Assembly: GCA_965214705.1 (NCBI GenBank)
Contig: CBDCCI010000002.1
Span: forward strand, 1,952,001 to 2,016,000
Source of the DNA: Alphaproteobacteria bacterium
GTDB taxonomy: Bacteria; Pseudomonadota; Alphaproteobacteria; UBA828
Direction: 5' to 3'
Length of the DNA: 64,000 bases
A model generated the notes under the pieces. That model was not told where the DNA came from, made no database searches, and worked only from the letters and a program-made list of their open reading frames with translations. Shown here in pieces: positions 28,896 through 39,900 of this stretch. The translations under genes and the position numbers were made by a program. Position 1 is the first letter of the stretch, and each line of letters opens with the position of its first letter.

Positions 28896-29939
28896 ATGAC
28901 AACACGGCGTAATCTTCTCAAGGCGGCCGCTGCCGTTCCGGCCGCAGCCGCTGCCGCTGCCATCGTGAAGCCTTCGGTTGCGCAGGCGCAGATCACCTGG
29001 CGGATGCAGACCTATGCCGGCCCCGCCCTGGCCGAGCACGTGGTGGTACCCGCGATCGAAATGTTCAACAAGATCGCGGGCGAGCGCATGCAGATCGAGC
29101 TGTTCTTCTCCGATCAGATCGTGCCGACGGGCGAGCTCTTCCGCGCGATGCAGCGCGGCACCATCGATGCGGTGCAGTCCGACGACGATTCCATGGCCTC
29201 GCCCACCGAGGTCACCGTCTTCGGCGGCTACTTCCCGTTCGCCTCGCGCTACTCGCTCGACGTGCCCGTGCTCTTCAACCAGTACGGCCTCAACGAGATC
29301 TGGGGTGCGGAGTACGAGAAGGTCGGCGTCAAGCACATCTCGGCGGGCGCCTGGGACCCCTGCCACTTCGCGACCAAGGACCCGATCCATTCGCTCGCCG
29401 ACCTGGAGGGCAAGCGGGTCTTCACCTTCCCCACCGCCGGGCGCTTCCTGACCCAGTTCGGCGTGGTCCCGGTCACGTTGCCGTGGGAGGACATCGAGGT
29501 CGCGGTGCAGACCGGCGAGCTTGACGGCGTCGCCTGGTCCGGCATCACCGAGGACTACACGGTGGGCTGGGCCGACGTGACCAACTACTTCCTCACCAAC
29601 AACATCTCAGGCGCGTGGATCGGCCACTTCTACGCCAACATGGAGCGCTGGAACGAGGTTCCCGAAGACCTGCAGACGCTCCTGCGCGTGATCTGCGATC
29701 AGTCCCACTACTACCGCCAGTGGTGGTACTGGGGCGGCGAGGCCAGCCTGCGCGTGCACGGCACCAAGATGCAGCTGACCTCGATCCCGGACGACGAATG
29801 GGCGCAAGTGGAGGCCGCCGCGCGCACGTTCTGGGACGAGATCGCGGCCGAATCCGAGACCAAGGCCAAGGTGGTCGAGGTCTTCAAGCAGTACAACGCG
29901 GACATGGAGAGGGCGGGCCGCCCCTACCGTTACGGTTGA
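28896..29939 (+). CDS. TRAP transporter substrate-binding protein (DctP family, Tat-exported)
   Basis: TTRRNLLK twin-arginine signal, WRMQTY, QTGELDGVAW; AAGGAG RBS. Confidence 0.92.
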   Translation: MTTRRNLLKAAAAVPAAAAAAAIVKPSVAQAQITWRMQTYAGPALAEHVVVPAIEMFNKIAGERMQIELFFSDQIVPTGELFRAMQRGTIDAVQSDDDSMASPTEVTVFGGYFPFASRYSLDVPVLFNQYGLNEIWGAEYEKVGVKHISAGAWDPCHFATKDPIHSLADLEGKRVFTFPTAGRFLTQFGVVPVTLPWEDIEVAVQTGELDGVAWSGITEDYTVGWADVTNYFLTNNISGAWIGHFYANMERWNEVPEDLQTLLRVICDQSHYYRQWWYWGGEASLRVHGTKMQLTSIPDDEWAQVEAAARTFWDEIAAESETKAKVVEVFKQYNADMERAGRPYRYG

Positions 29940-29949
29940 TCCGCGAGAG

Positions 29950-29976
29950 GCGGCCCCGCGCCAGTCGCGGGGCCGC
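29950..29976. terminator. Hairpin between convergent genes
   Basis: GCGGCCCCGCG-CCAGT-CGCGGGGCCGC perfect 11-bp stem; no U-tract. Confidence 0.5.
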
Positions 29977-31295
29977 TACCATCCGGCGAAGGCGGCGACG
30001 TCTTCGTCTGAGACCCGGCCGGCCGCCACGTCCTCCAGCGCTTGGTCGAGGATGGCCAGTCCCTCGTCGATCTCGTCTTCGGAGATGGTCAGCGGCGGGG
30101 TGAGCTCGAGCACGTTCGATTCCATCCCGACGTAATAGAAGATCAGCCCAAGCTGGTGGGCGCGGAAGGCGACCTTCGCCGTCTCGCTGCTTGCCGGCTC
30201 CTTGCTCACCGGGTCGCGGACCAGCTCGACACCGCAGGTGAGGCCGCGACCGCGCACGTGGCCGATCAGCGCATGGCGCTGGGCGAGACGCGCCAGCCCC
30301 GCCAGCAGGTGCTCGCCCCTGAGCGCGGCCCTCGCCATCAAGTCTTCCTCCTCGATGGTGCGCAGGACGGCGCGGCCGGCGGCGGCGCAGACTGGATTGC
30401 CCGCCGCCGTCATGATGGCGAAGGCCGGCTGAAGGTTCATCAGCTCCGCCGGGCCGATCACGGCGGAGATCGGCAGCCCGCCGCCCAGGCCCTTGCCGTA
30501 GACGACGATGTCCGGGCTCAGGCCCTCGGCCTCGAAAGCATGAAACAGGCCGGTGCGGCCCATGCCGACCTTGACCTCGTCCACCACGATGAGGATTCCG
30601 TGGGCGCGGCAGCGCTCCTCCAGCCCCTTGAGGAAGCCGGCGGGCGGCACGATGAGGCCGCCGTCCGACTGGATCGGCTCGATGAAGACGGCAGCGATCT
30701 CGTCCGGCCGAAGCTCGCTCTCGAAGCGCCGGTCGAGGTCGTCGAGGGCACCTTGGACCAGATCGGGCGTGAACTGCGGGCGGTAGGAGTCGGGGTAGAC
30801 CAGCCGTGTGAGACCGGCGCGCGCCGGCGCGTGGCTCTGTGAGCTGTGGCCCGAAACAGACATCGAGGCCGCGCTGCCGCCGTGATAGGCGCCGACGAAG
30901 GAGAGGATGCCGCGGCGCGGCGTCGCCGCCTCCAGCAGGCGCACCACGGCGTCGTTGGCGTCCGAGCCGGCATGGCCGAACCAGACCCGCCGGTCGCGAT
31001 CGTCGGGCAGACGTGCCAGCAGGTCCTCCGCCAGCCCGACCGCGTGCCCCACCGCGCACGAGGCGAGGCTGACCGCGCCCATGTTGCGCACTGCCTCGCT
31101 GACCGCCTTGGCCAGCGCCGGGTGGCTGTAGCCCAGGCTCGCCGCGCCCCAGGAGGCGCTGAAGTCGAGCACGCGCCGGCCGCCCTGCTCGATCACGTAG
31201 GAGCCCTCGCCGCCCACTGTGGTTGCCGGGAAGAAGCGAATCCGCTCGATATCGGCGATGGCGCGCGCGTCTCGGGTCAGCAGGTCGTCGGTCAT
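29976..31295 (-). CDS. PLP class-III aminotransferase-fold enzyme, alpha-amino-epsilon-caprolactam (ACL) racemase-like
   Basis: RFFP, SWGAASLGY, AYHG, EPIQSDGG (Asp), DEVKVG (Lys in place of Gln), GKGLGGG, YYVG and C-terminal FAGW all match the recalled Achromobacter obae ACL racemase pattern. Confidence 0.82.
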   Translation of the reverse strand: MTDDLLTRDARAIADIERIRFFPATTVGGEGSYVIEQGGRRVLDFSASWGAASLGYSHPALAKAVSEAVRNMGAVSLASCAVGHAVGLAEDLLARLPDDRDRRVWFGHAGSDANDAVVRLLEAATPRRGILSFVGAYHGGSAASMSVSGHSSQSHAPARAGLTRLVYPDSYRPQFTPDLVQGALDDLDRRFESELRPDEIAAVFIEPIQSDGGLIVPPAGFLKGLEERCRAHGILIVVDEVKVGMGRTGLFHAFEAEGLSPDIVVYGKGLGGGLPISAVIGPAELMNLQPAFAIMTAAGNPVCAAAGRAVLRTIEEEDLMARAALRGEHLLAGLARLAQRHALIGHVRGRGLTCGVELVRDPVSKEPASSETAKVAFRAHQLGLIFYYVGMESNVLELTPPLTISEDEIDEGLAILDQALEDVAAGRVSDEDVAAFAGW

Positions 31296-31342
31296 GGCGC
31301 GATCCCGGCTTCGATGTTGGCAGTGCGTGCGTGGGCGGCGAG

Positions 31343-32764
31343 TCAGAGCGGCGGGAGCACGTCCCGCCACGGATTGGCCGCCTCGTAGGCCGACGCGGCC
31401 TGGAAGACGCCGAGATCGTCGTAGGTCCGCCCGACGATCTGAATGCCGGTCGGTAGGCCAGCGTCGGTGAGCCCGCTCGGCACCGCGATCACCGGGCACT
31501 GGCTCACCATGTTGAAGGGATAGCAGAGGTTCCAGCCCAGATAGGCATGGACCGGCTTGCCGTTGACCCGGAAGTCCTCTGCGCCGCAGTCGTGCTCCGC
31601 CGCTACCGTCGGCAAGGCGAGCGACGGACACACCAGCACGTCGCATTCCTCCAGGATCGGCGCCAGCGAGCGGAACATGGCGCCGCGCACGATGTTGCAG
31701 CGGTAGAGCGTTCCCGCCGAGTGGGCACGGCCGTTCTCGATGATGCGGACCATGTAGGGGTCCATCTCGTCGCGCCACTCGTCGACCATGCCGCCGAGGC
31801 TCGACGCCGCCATGCCCTCCCAGTAGCGAAGGTAGGGATGCGGCAGGTCGAACCCGTCCCAATCCGGCTTCACCTCGCGGATGGTACAGCCGAGGCGTCG
31901 GAAAACCTCTATCGCCGCCTCCGTGTTGCGGGCGACCTCGGGGTCGATCTCGAACATGCCGAGGTCCATGGAGAAGCCGACGGTCCAGCCCTCGATCGGC
32001 GGATTGCTCTCGGGCAGGACGATCCGCTCCTTGAGCGAGCACATGTCGTCGCCGTGGGCGCCCGACATCACGTTCTGCATTACTGCGGCGTCGCCCACGC
32101 TCCGCGTCATCGGCCCGTAATGGAGCAGCGATTCGATAGGGTGGTCCCGGTCCAGCGGGTTGCGTCCGAACGGCGGCTTGTAGCCGACGACGTGGCAGGC
32201 TGCGGCCGGGATGCGGACGGAGCCGCCGGCGTCGGTGCCGTCGGCGAGCACCGTCATGCCTGCGGCGAGCGCTGCGCCGGCGCCGCCCGAGGAGCCGCCG
32301 GGCGCGTGATCCAGGCTCCACGGGTTGCGGGTGACGCCCCAAAGCGTGCTCGCGGTGATCGGAGCGTAGGCGAACTCCGGCGTGGTGGTGCGCGCGTGCA
32401 TGATGCCGCCGGCGTCCAGCAGCCGGGCGACGGTTGGCGCGGTGCGCTCGGGCCTGTGGTCGGCGAACGCCTTCGAGCCGAAGGTGGTGAGCTCGCCCGC
32501 GACCGGGTGAAAGTCCTTGATGGCGACCGGGATCCCCTCCAGCGGCCGCGCCTCTCCGCGCACGTAGGCGGCCTCTGCCGCGCCGGCCTGATCGAGCGCG
32601 CGCTCGGCATGGACCTCGGTGAAGGCGTTGAGCGCAGGGTTGACGGCCTCGATCCGCGCCAGCGTCGCCTCCATGAGTGCGACAGGCGAGAGCGTCCCGG
32701 CCTTGAACGCGGCAATCGCCTCGGTGGCGGTCAGGGTGCAAAGCTCTCGCGCGGACAAGGTCAT
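31343..32764 (-). CDS. Amidase (amidase-signature family)
   Basis: AIKD (Lys), PGGSSGG, GTDAGGSVRIPAA Ser-cisSer-Lys triad, GLPTGIQIVG. Confidence 0.93.
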   Translation of the reverse strand: MTLSARELCTLTATEAIAAFKAGTLSPVALMEATLARIEAVNPALNAFTEVHAERALDQAGAAEAAYVRGEARPLEGIPVAIKDFHPVAGELTTFGSKAFADHRPERTAPTVARLLDAGGIMHARTTTPEFAYAPITASTLWGVTRNPWSLDHAPGGSSGGAGAALAAGMTVLADGTDAGGSVRIPAAACHVVGYKPPFGRNPLDRDHPIESLLHYGPMTRSVGDAAVMQNVMSGAHGDDMCSLKERIVLPESNPPIEGWTVGFSMDLGMFEIDPEVARNTEAAIEVFRRLGCTIREVKPDWDGFDLPHPYLRYWEGMAASSLGGMVDEWRDEMDPYMVRIIENGRAHSAGTLYRCNIVRGAMFRSLAPILEECDVLVCPSLALPTVAAEHDCGAEDFRVNGKPVHAYLGWNLCYPFNMVSQCPVIAVPSGLTDAGLPTGIQIVGRTYDDLGVFQAASAYEAANPWRDVLPPL

Positions 32765-32804
32765 TCTCTTCTCCCGGCCCTGCCCCGCTGCCCTGGCCCG
32801 CCGG

Positions 32805-33539
32805 CTAGCTCCGGGCGCCGCCGTAGCGCCGCTCGCGGCTCTGGAACTCGCGGATCGCCTGATCGAGGTGATCGAGCGTGAAGTCAGGCCAAAGCGTCGG
32901 TACGAAGACGAGCTCGGTGTAGGCCGACTGCCACAGCAGGAAGTTGCTGAGGCGCTGCTCGCCGCTGGTGCGGATCACCAGATCGAGGTCCGGCAGGTCG
33001 CGGGTCTGGAGGTGGCGCTGGACCGTCTCCTCGGAAATCTGGTCGGTATCGAGCGCCCCGTCGCGGACCTGCTCGGCAATCCGGCGCACGGAATCGACGA
33101 TTTCCTGCCGCCCGCCGTAGTTGACGGCGACGGTGAGGGTAATCGTGGCGTTGTGCCGGGTGCTTTCCTCGGCCTCGTCGATGAGGGCGTTGATCTCCCT
33201 GCTCAGCCGCGAGCGGTCGCCGATGAAGGCGATCTGGACGCCGTTGCCTTGCAGGTCGGCAACCTCGCGGCGCAGGTAGAGCCGCAGCAGCCCCATGAGG
33301 TCCGCGACCTCGCCCTCGGGCCGCTTCCAATTCTCCGATGAGAACGCGTAGATGGTGAGGTAGCGGATGCCCCGGTCGGGGCAGCCCCGCAGGATTCTCT
33401 TCACGACCTCGGCGCCGCGCCGGTGCCCTGCCGCTCTCGGCAAACCCCGTGCCCGTGCCCAGCGTCCGTTTCCGTCCAGAATAATGCCGACGTGCAGGCC
33501 GGAATCCTGCTGGTCGGCGAATGACCGCGTGAGCGCCAT
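32805..33539 (-). CDS. uppS: Undecaprenyl diphosphate synthase
   Basis: HVGIILDGNGRWA, YAFSSENWKRP, NYGGRQEI, IRTSGEQRLSNFLLWQ. Confidence 0.96.
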   Translation of the reverse strand: MALTRSFADQQDSGLHVGIILDGNGRWARARGLPRAAGHRRGAEVVKRILRGCPDRGIRYLTIYAFSSENWKRPEGEVADLMGLLRLYLRREVADLQGNGVQIAFIGDRSRLSREINALIDEAEESTRHNATITLTVAVNYGGRQEIVDSVRRIAEQVRDGALDTDQISEETVQRHLQTRDLPDLDLVIRTSGEQRLSNFLLWQSAYTELVFVPTLWPDFTLDHLDQAIREFQSRERRYGGARS

Positions 33540-33541
33540 GT

Positions 33542-34099
33542 TCAGACCTGCAAAATCTCCTGTTCCTTGGCCTCGAACATCTCGGTCATCTTCTTGACGA
33601 ACCCGTCGGTCATCTCCTGAATTTCGCCTGCCCACAGCCGCGATTCGTCCTCGCCGAGCTCGCCGGCGCGCTCCATCTTCTTGAGCTGATCCATGCCGTC
33701 GCGCCGGACGTTTCGCACCGCCACCTTGGCCTGCTCCGCATACTTGCCGGCAACTTTGGCGAGTTCGTGGCGGCGTTCCTCGTTCAGCTCCGGAATCGGA
33801 ATGCGGAGCGACTGGCCGTCCACGATCGGGTTGAGCCCGAGATCGGAGGAGCGGATTGCTTTTTCGACGGCCTTCACCTGCGTCTTGTCCCAGACCTGGA
33901 CCGAGAGCATGCGCGGCTCGGGGACGTTGATGGTCGCGACCTGGTTGAGGGGCATCTCCGTCTCGTAGGCCTCGACCACGATGGGCTCCAGCAGGCTCAA
34001 GGACGCCCGCCCGGTGCGGAGACCGCCCAACTCCTTCCGGAGCGCCTCGACGGCGCCGTTCATCCGGCGTTCCAGGTCGTCGAGATCAGGATCGGCCAT
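33542..34099 (-). CDS. frr: Ribosome recycling factor
   Basis: [37 protein letters not shown]. Confidence 0.97.
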   Translation of the reverse strand: MADPDLDDLERRMNGAVEALRKELGGLRTGRASLSLLEPIVVEAYETEMPLNQVATINVPEPRMLSVQVWDKTQVKAVEKAIRSSDLGLNPIVDGQSLRIPIPELNEERRHELAKVAGKYAEQAKVAVRNVRRDGMDQLKKMERAGELGEDESRLWAGEIQEMTDGFVKKMTEMFEAKEQEILQV

Positions 34100-34109
34100 C
34101 GCGGCAGCC

Positions 34110-34829
34110 CTAGTCAGAGATGACGGTGAAGGGTCCGTTCCCGTCCAGCACGGCGGCGAGCCCGCCCTTCTTCTGAATGGAGAATACCACAATCGGAATG
34201 TCGTTTTCCCGCGCCAGCGAGATCGCCGACGCGTCCATGGCCTTCAGGTCCTTGGAGAGCACGTCCATGTAGGAAAGCCGCTCGAAGCGCGTCGCGGCGG
34301 CATCGACCTCGGGGTCGGCGGCGTAGACTCCGTCGACCTTGGTGCCCTTGAGCAGGGCGTCGCAGCCCATCTCGGCGGCCCGCAGCGCCGCGGCAGTATC
34401 GGTGGTGAAGAAGGGATTGCCGGTGCCGCCGGCGAAGAGCACGATTCGCCCCTTCTCCAGATGGCGCTGCCCGCGCCGGCGAATGTAGGGCTCGCAGACT
34501 GGCGCGATGGGCAGCGCAGAGAGCACCCGCGTGGCCTTGCCCATGCGCTCCAGCGCATGCTGCATGGCGACCGCGTTCATCACCGTCGCCAGCATGCCAA
34601 TGTAGTCGGCGGTGGCGCGTTCCATGCCGGCGGCCTCGTGGGAGGAGCCGCGAAAGATGTTGCCACCGCCGACCACGGCGCAGACCTCCACGCCCCTCTC
34701 GTGGACCTCGGCGATCTCGCCCGCGAGCCGATCCACCGCGTCGCCATTGATGCCGTAGGGTTCGTCTCCCCGCAGCGCCTCGCCGGATATCTTCAGGAGG
34801 ATGCGCTTGAAGCGGGGAGAAGCGGTCAT
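34110..34829 (-). CDS. pyrH: UMP kinase
   Basis: [38 protein letters not shown]. Confidence 0.97.
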   Translation of the reverse strand: MTASPRFKRILLKISGEALRGDEPYGINGDAVDRLAGEIAEVHERGVEVCAVVGGGNIFRGSSHEAAGMERATADYIGMLATVMNAVAMQHALERMGKATRVLSALPIAPVCEPYIRRRGQRHLEKGRIVLFAGGTGNPFFTTDTAAALRAAEMGCDALLKGTKVDGVYAADPEVDAAATRFERLSYMDVLSKDLKAMDASAISLARENDIPIVVFSIQKKGGLAAVLDGNGPFTVISD

Positions 34830-34857
34830 CGCCGGCTCCAGGGCAGAAGGCTGATAT

Positions 34858-35784
34858 TCAAGAACCGAGCTGCTCGGCGACCTCGGCGGCGAAGTCCTTG
34901 CTTTCCCGCTCGATCCCCTCGCCCAGCTGGTAGCGGACGAAGCCGCTCACGGAGACCGAGGTGCCAAGGTCGGCGGTAAGCCGCTCCAGCACCGCTTTCA
35001 CCCGGCTCTCACCATCGAGTATCCAGGTCTGCTCAAGCAGTACGACCTCCTCGAAGAACTTGCGCAGCCTGCCCTCGATCATCTTCTCGATGATCTTCTC
35101 GGGCTTGCCCTCGGCGCGGGCCTGCTCCGCGAGCACCGCGCGCTCGCGCTCGACCATCGCCTGATCGAGCGAATCGCGCGAGACCGCATGGGGGCTCGCG
35201 GCCGCGATGTGCATGGCAAACTCGTGGGCGGGACGAGCGAGGCTCTCGGCAGACGCGTCCGATTCGACCGCGACGATCACGCCGAGCCGGCCCAGTCCCG
35301 GCGTTGCCGGCATGTGGATGTAGTCGCCGACGGCGCCCGAGGGCGTGGAGAGCACCGCCGTCCGCCGCAGCTGAATGTTCTCGCCGATGGTGGCGACGAG
35401 ATTGGTGATTTCCTCGGCGACCGTGCGGCCGGTCCCCGGATAGGACGCTGCGGAGAGGCGCTCGATATCGCCGTCGCAATCCAGCGCCAATGTCGCGACC
35501 TCGCGCACCACCGCCTGAAAGTCACCGTTGCGCGCGACGAAATCGGTCTCGGCGTTGATCTCGACCATCGCTGCCTTGCCCGGCGCCGTCGCCAGCCCGA
35601 TCAGCCCTTCGGCTGCGGTGCGGCCCGCCTTGCGCTGGGCCTGGGCGAGGCCGCTCTTGCGCAGCCAGTCCACCGCAGCTTCCAGTTCGCCATCGGTCTC
35701 GGTCAGCGCCTTCTTGCAATCCATCATGCCGGCGCCGGTCTTGTCGCGCAGTTGCTTGACCAGCGCGGCCGTGATCTGAGCCAT
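34858..35784 (-). CDS. tsf: Translation elongation factor Ts
   Basis: [28 protein letters not shown]. Confidence 0.98.
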   Translation of the reverse strand: MAQITAALVKQLRDKTGAGMMDCKKALTETDGELEAAVDWLRKSGLAQAQRKAGRTAAEGLIGLATAPGKAAMVEINAETDFVARNGDFQAVVREVATLALDCDGDIERLSAASYPGTGRTVAEEITNLVATIGENIQLRRTAVLSTPSGAVGDYIHMPATPGLGRLGVIVAVESDASAESLARPAHEFAMHIAAASPHAVSRDSLDQAMVERERAVLAEQARAEGKPEKIIEKMIEGRLRKFFEEVVLLEQTWILDGESRVKAVLERLTADLGTSVSVSGFVRYQLGEGIERESKDFAAEVAEQLGS

Positions 35785-35813
35785 CGTTCGCTACTCCTGA
35801 ATGCGCGGCGCGA

Positions 35814-36782
35814 TCACGCGCCTGCCGCCTGCTCTGCCTCTCCGCCCTCCGGCGCTGCGGTCGCTTCGGCCGCCTGAGCCGCTTCCGGAGCTTCCGGTGT
35901 AGTCGGCGCGTCGGGTGCCTCGGCCGCCTCCGGTGTCGCGGCGGTATCCGCAGGGGCTTCCGGCGCCGCATCGCCATCGGCCGGTGACTTCTCGGCCTCC
36001 GCGGCAACCTCTGCGGGTGCCTCGGCATCGGCCGGCGGCAGATCCTCGGCCAGCCCTTCCTCGGCAGCGCCAATGTCGGCGCCGGAGGCGGCAAGCTCCT
36101 CTTGCAGGCCGTCGATGACCGCGCGGGCGAACAGGTCGCAATAGAGGTTGATCGCGCGGATGGCGTCGTCGTTGCCGGGAACCGGGTGGGTGATGAGGTC
36201 GGGATCGCAATTGCTGTCGATGATCGCGACCACCGGGATGCCCAGCTTGCGCGCCTCCAGGATTGCGATGTCTTCCTTGTTGGTGTCGATGACCACGAGC
36301 ATGTCCGGCACGCCGCCCATGTCGCGAATGCCGCCGAGCGCGAGGTCGAGCTTGTTGCGGCGCCGCACCAGCTGCAGCATCTCCTTCTTGGTCAGGCCCG
36401 CGCTCTCGTCGGCAAGCGTCGCTTCGAGGTCAGCGAGCGTCTTGATTGAGCCCGAGATCGCCTTCCAGTTGGTCAGCATCCCGCCCAGCCAGCGGTGGTT
36501 GACGTAATACTGGCCGCAACGCTTGGCGGTCTCCGCGATCGGGCGCGAGGCCTGCCGCTTGGTGCCGACGAACAGGATTCGCCCACCCCCGGCAGCCACG
36601 TCGCGCAGGGAAACCAGCGCCTGATGAAGCAGCGGCACGGTCTGTTCGAGATCGATGACGTGAACGCCGTTGCGCGCGCCGAACAGATAGGGGCGCATCT
36701 TCGGGTTCCAACGCCGGGTCTGGTGCCCGAAATGCACGCCGGCTTCGAGCAGCTGGCGCATGGTGAATTCTGGCAAAGCCAT
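35814..36782 (-). CDS. rpsB: 30S ribosomal protein S2 with acidic C-terminal extension
   Basis: [38 protein letters not shown]. Confidence 0.98.
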   Translation of the reverse strand: MALPEFTMRQLLEAGVHFGHQTRRWNPKMRPYLFGARNGVHVIDLEQTVPLLHQALVSLRDVAAGGGRILFVGTKRQASRPIAETAKRCGQYYVNHRWLGGMLTNWKAISGSIKTLADLEATLADESAGLTKKEMLQLVRRRNKLDLALGGIRDMGGVPDMLVVIDTNKEDIAILEARKLGIPVVAIIDSNCDPDLITHPVPGNDDAIRAINLYCDLFARAVIDGLQEELAASGADIGAAEEGLAEDLPPADAEAPAEVAAEAEKSPADGDAAPEAPADTAATPEAAEAPDAPTTPEAPEAAQAAEATAAPEGGEAEQAAGA

Positions 36783-36882
36783 TGGCCGTCCTTTCTCCGG
36801 TTCCTCCTCCGCGGATCATGCCCCGGCTGGGCCGGGCACCGGATCGGCACGCTCTCCGAGAGTGCCGTCTTCCGCGTGTGAA
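36783..36882 (-). ncRNA. rpsB 5' leader (t44/S2 autoregulatory element-like)
   Basis: Minus strand CACACGCGG...hairpin...GGTGC...CCGCGGAGG..AACC immediately before the RBS, the usual architecture of the rpsB-tsf leader. Confidence 0.65.
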
Positions 36883-36906
36883 TTCCTGCTCTACGCAGGT
36901 GGGCGC

Positions 36907-36935
36907 TTGATAGCGCCGGCGCCCCCGGCGCGCAA
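36907..36935 (-). promoter_or_regulatory. Putative sigma70 promoter for rpsB-tsf
   Basis: TTGCGC-N17-TATCAA just upstream of the leader. Confidence 0.5.
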
Positions 36936-36950
36936 GGCCTGAACCGGCCT

Positions 36951-39900
36951 TTAGCCGGCCCGCGCCGCCGAGAGCTCCTGGACGGTCGTGACCCCGGCAA
37001 GCGCGCCGATCTCACCACCGAGAGTAGGGCTGAGCGCGTAGGATTCGGGCAGCTCGACCTCCACCGTGCCCTCCCCGCCGGTCTCGACGAAGAGCGCGAT
37101 TCGCCCGCCGCCCGCAGGACGGTTGGCGAGCATCGCGCCCAGCGGCTCCAGCGCGGCCGGATCGTGCACGAAGACCGCGAGACCCGTGAGATTTCGCGAA
37201 AGCCGCGCCTCCAGATCGTCGAAACTCTGAGCGGAGAGCTTGACCTCCTCGCCCTCGATGCGGGCCTGCGCGGTCACCAGCACCGGCTTGCCGGGCTCAA
37301 GCACATCGCGGCCCTCGCCGTAGGTCTCGCGGAAAGCGGCCACCTCGAAGCTGCCGCTCGGGTCGGATAGCTGGATGAAGGCGTAGCGCCGCGAGCCCGG
37401 CCCGCGCTCCCTGACGTTCAGCACCATGCCAGCGAGGCGGAAGCGCGTGATACCCCGCGCCACCTGCTGCGCCACCTCGGCGGCGGACGTGACCGAGAGG
37501 CCCTTCAGCGCGTCCTGGTAGGAATCGAGAGGATGGGCGGAGAGATAGAAGCCGACCGCTTCCTGCTCGGCGGCGAGCCTCTCGTTTTCGTCCCAATCCT
37601 CCTGCTCTGGCAGGCGCGGCCTGGGCGCGAGCGTCGCATCGGCCTCGTCGAAGAGCGAGGCCTGCGAACGCGAAGCCTTGGCCTGTCCCGAATAGGCCAG
37701 AAGGACCTCGGCACCGTCCGCCATCTGCTTGCGGTTCGACGTGAGGCTGTCGAAGGCGCCGGCCTTGGCCAGATTCTCGATCTGGCGGCGGTTGATCTGA
37801 TGCGGATCGACCCGACCGGCGAGGTCGAAGGGATCGGCAAACGGCCCGTTGGCCGTCCGCTCATCGGCCAGCGCCGTCATCGCCTGCACGCCGACGTTCC
37901 TGATCGCGCCGAGGGCGTAGCGGATTGCCTTGGTGCCGTCGGCCTGGCTCTCGACCGAGAAGGTCGCCCGCGAGGCGTTGATATCCGGCGGCAGCAGGGG
38001 AATTCCGAGCCGCTCCAGCTCCCGGCGGAACAATTCCAGCCGGTCGGTGTTGTTGATCTCCAGGCTCATCGAGGCGGCCATGAACTCGACCGGGTGGTTG
38101 GCCTTGAGATACGCGGTCTGGTAAGCGACCAGCGCGTAGGCCGCGGCGTGGGACTTGTTGAAGCCGTAGCCCGCGAACTTCGCCACCAGCTCGAAGATGC
38201 GGGTCGCATCATTGCGGGCGACCTCGTTGGCAAGGGCGCCGTTCACGAAGGTCTCCCGCTGGGCGTCCATCTCCGCCTTGATCTTCTTGCCCATGGCGCG
38301 GCGCAGCAGGTCGGCGGAGCCCAGACTGTAGCCGGCGAGCACCTTGGCGATCTCCATCACCTGCTCCTGGTAGATGATGACGCCAAAAGTCTCCTCCAGC
38401 AGACCGGTCAGCATGGGGTGCAGATAGTCCGGCTTCTCCTTGCCGTGCTTGCAGGCGATGTAGCGGGGAATGTTGTCCATCGGGCCTGGGCGGTAGAGCG
38501 CGACGAGGGCGATGATGTCCTCGATGCTATCGGGCTTGAGGTTGCGCAGCGCGTCCCTCATGCCGGCACTTTCCAGCTGGAACACCCCCATGGCGGCGCC
38601 GCTGCCCAGCATCTCGTAGGTCTTCCGATCGTCGAGCGGGAGCGCATCGATATCGATCTCGACGTCGGCCTCGTGCAGCATCGCGCTCGCATGATCGAGC
38701 ACGGTGAGCGTCTTGAGACCCAGCAGGTCGAACTTCACCAGCCCGGACATCTCGGCGTACTTCATCGAGAACTGGGTCGCCGGCATCTCGGAGCGCGGGT
38801 CGCGATAGAGAGGCACGAGTTCGCTGAGCGGCCTATCGCCGATCACGATGCCCGCGGCGTGAGTCGAGGCGTGGCGGTACAGCCCTTCGAGCTGGAGCGA
38901 GATCTCGATCAGGCGCGCGACGGCCGCATCTTCGTCGCGCTCGGCCTTGAGCCAGGGTTCGTTGTCCAGCGCCTGCTGCAGGGTCACCGGGTTGGCGGGG
39001 TTGTAGGGGACCAGCTTGCAGAGCCGGTCGACCCGGCCGTAGCTGAGGCCGAGCACGCGGCCGACATCGCGGAGCACCGCGCGGGCCTGGAGCTTGCCGA
39101 AGGTGATGATCTGGGCGACGCGGTCCTTGCCGTAGCGCCGGCAGACGTAGTCGATCACCTCGTCGCGGCGCTCGGGGCAGAAGTCGATGTCGAAGTCAGG
39201 CATCGACACCCGCTCGGGATTGAGAAAGCGCTCGAACAGGAGACCGAAGCGGAGCGGGTCGAGATCGGTGATGGTGAGGCTCCAGGCCACCACGGAGCCC
39301 GCGCCCGAGCCCCGGCCGGGGCCGACCGGAATCCCCTCGCCCCGCGCCCAGCGCACGATATCGGCGACGATGAGGAAGTAGCCCGCGAACTGCATCTCGA
39401 TGATGACGCCGAGCTCGTAGCCGAGGCGCTCGCGATAGGGCGCCGCCGCTGCCTTGCGTGCCGCATCGTCCATGTCCGCGCTGTAGACCTGCGCTTCCAG
39501 GCGGCGCTCCAGCCCCGCCTCGGCCTGGGCGCGCAGGGCGTCGGCCTCGCTCGCGTCGCCGGCGGTGGAAAAGACCGGCAGGATCGGCTTCCGCGTCGGT
39601 GCCATGACGGCGCAGCGCCGGGCGACGACCAGGGTGTTGTCGACGGCCTCCGGCAGGTCGGCGAAGAGCGCTCGCATCTCGTCTGCCGGGCGGAAGCGGT
39701 GCTGCGGGGTGAGCCGGCGCCGGTTCTCGTCCTCGACATGGCTGTTCTGGGCGATGCAGAGAAGCGCGTCATGGGCCTCGTATGTTTCTTCGCGCAGGAA
39801 ATAGGCGTCGTTGGTCGCGACCAGCGGCATGTCGAGTTCATCGGCGAGCGCGATCAGCCGCGCCTCGATCTGCTCCTCCTCCGGCAGACCGTGGCGCATG

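Noticed and set aside
29976-32741. 921-aa ORF suggesting an amidase-aminotransferase fusion or frameshift
   Set aside because: The N-terminal half is an off-frame read of the amidase, which has its own stop at 31343; the racemase has its own ATG at 31295
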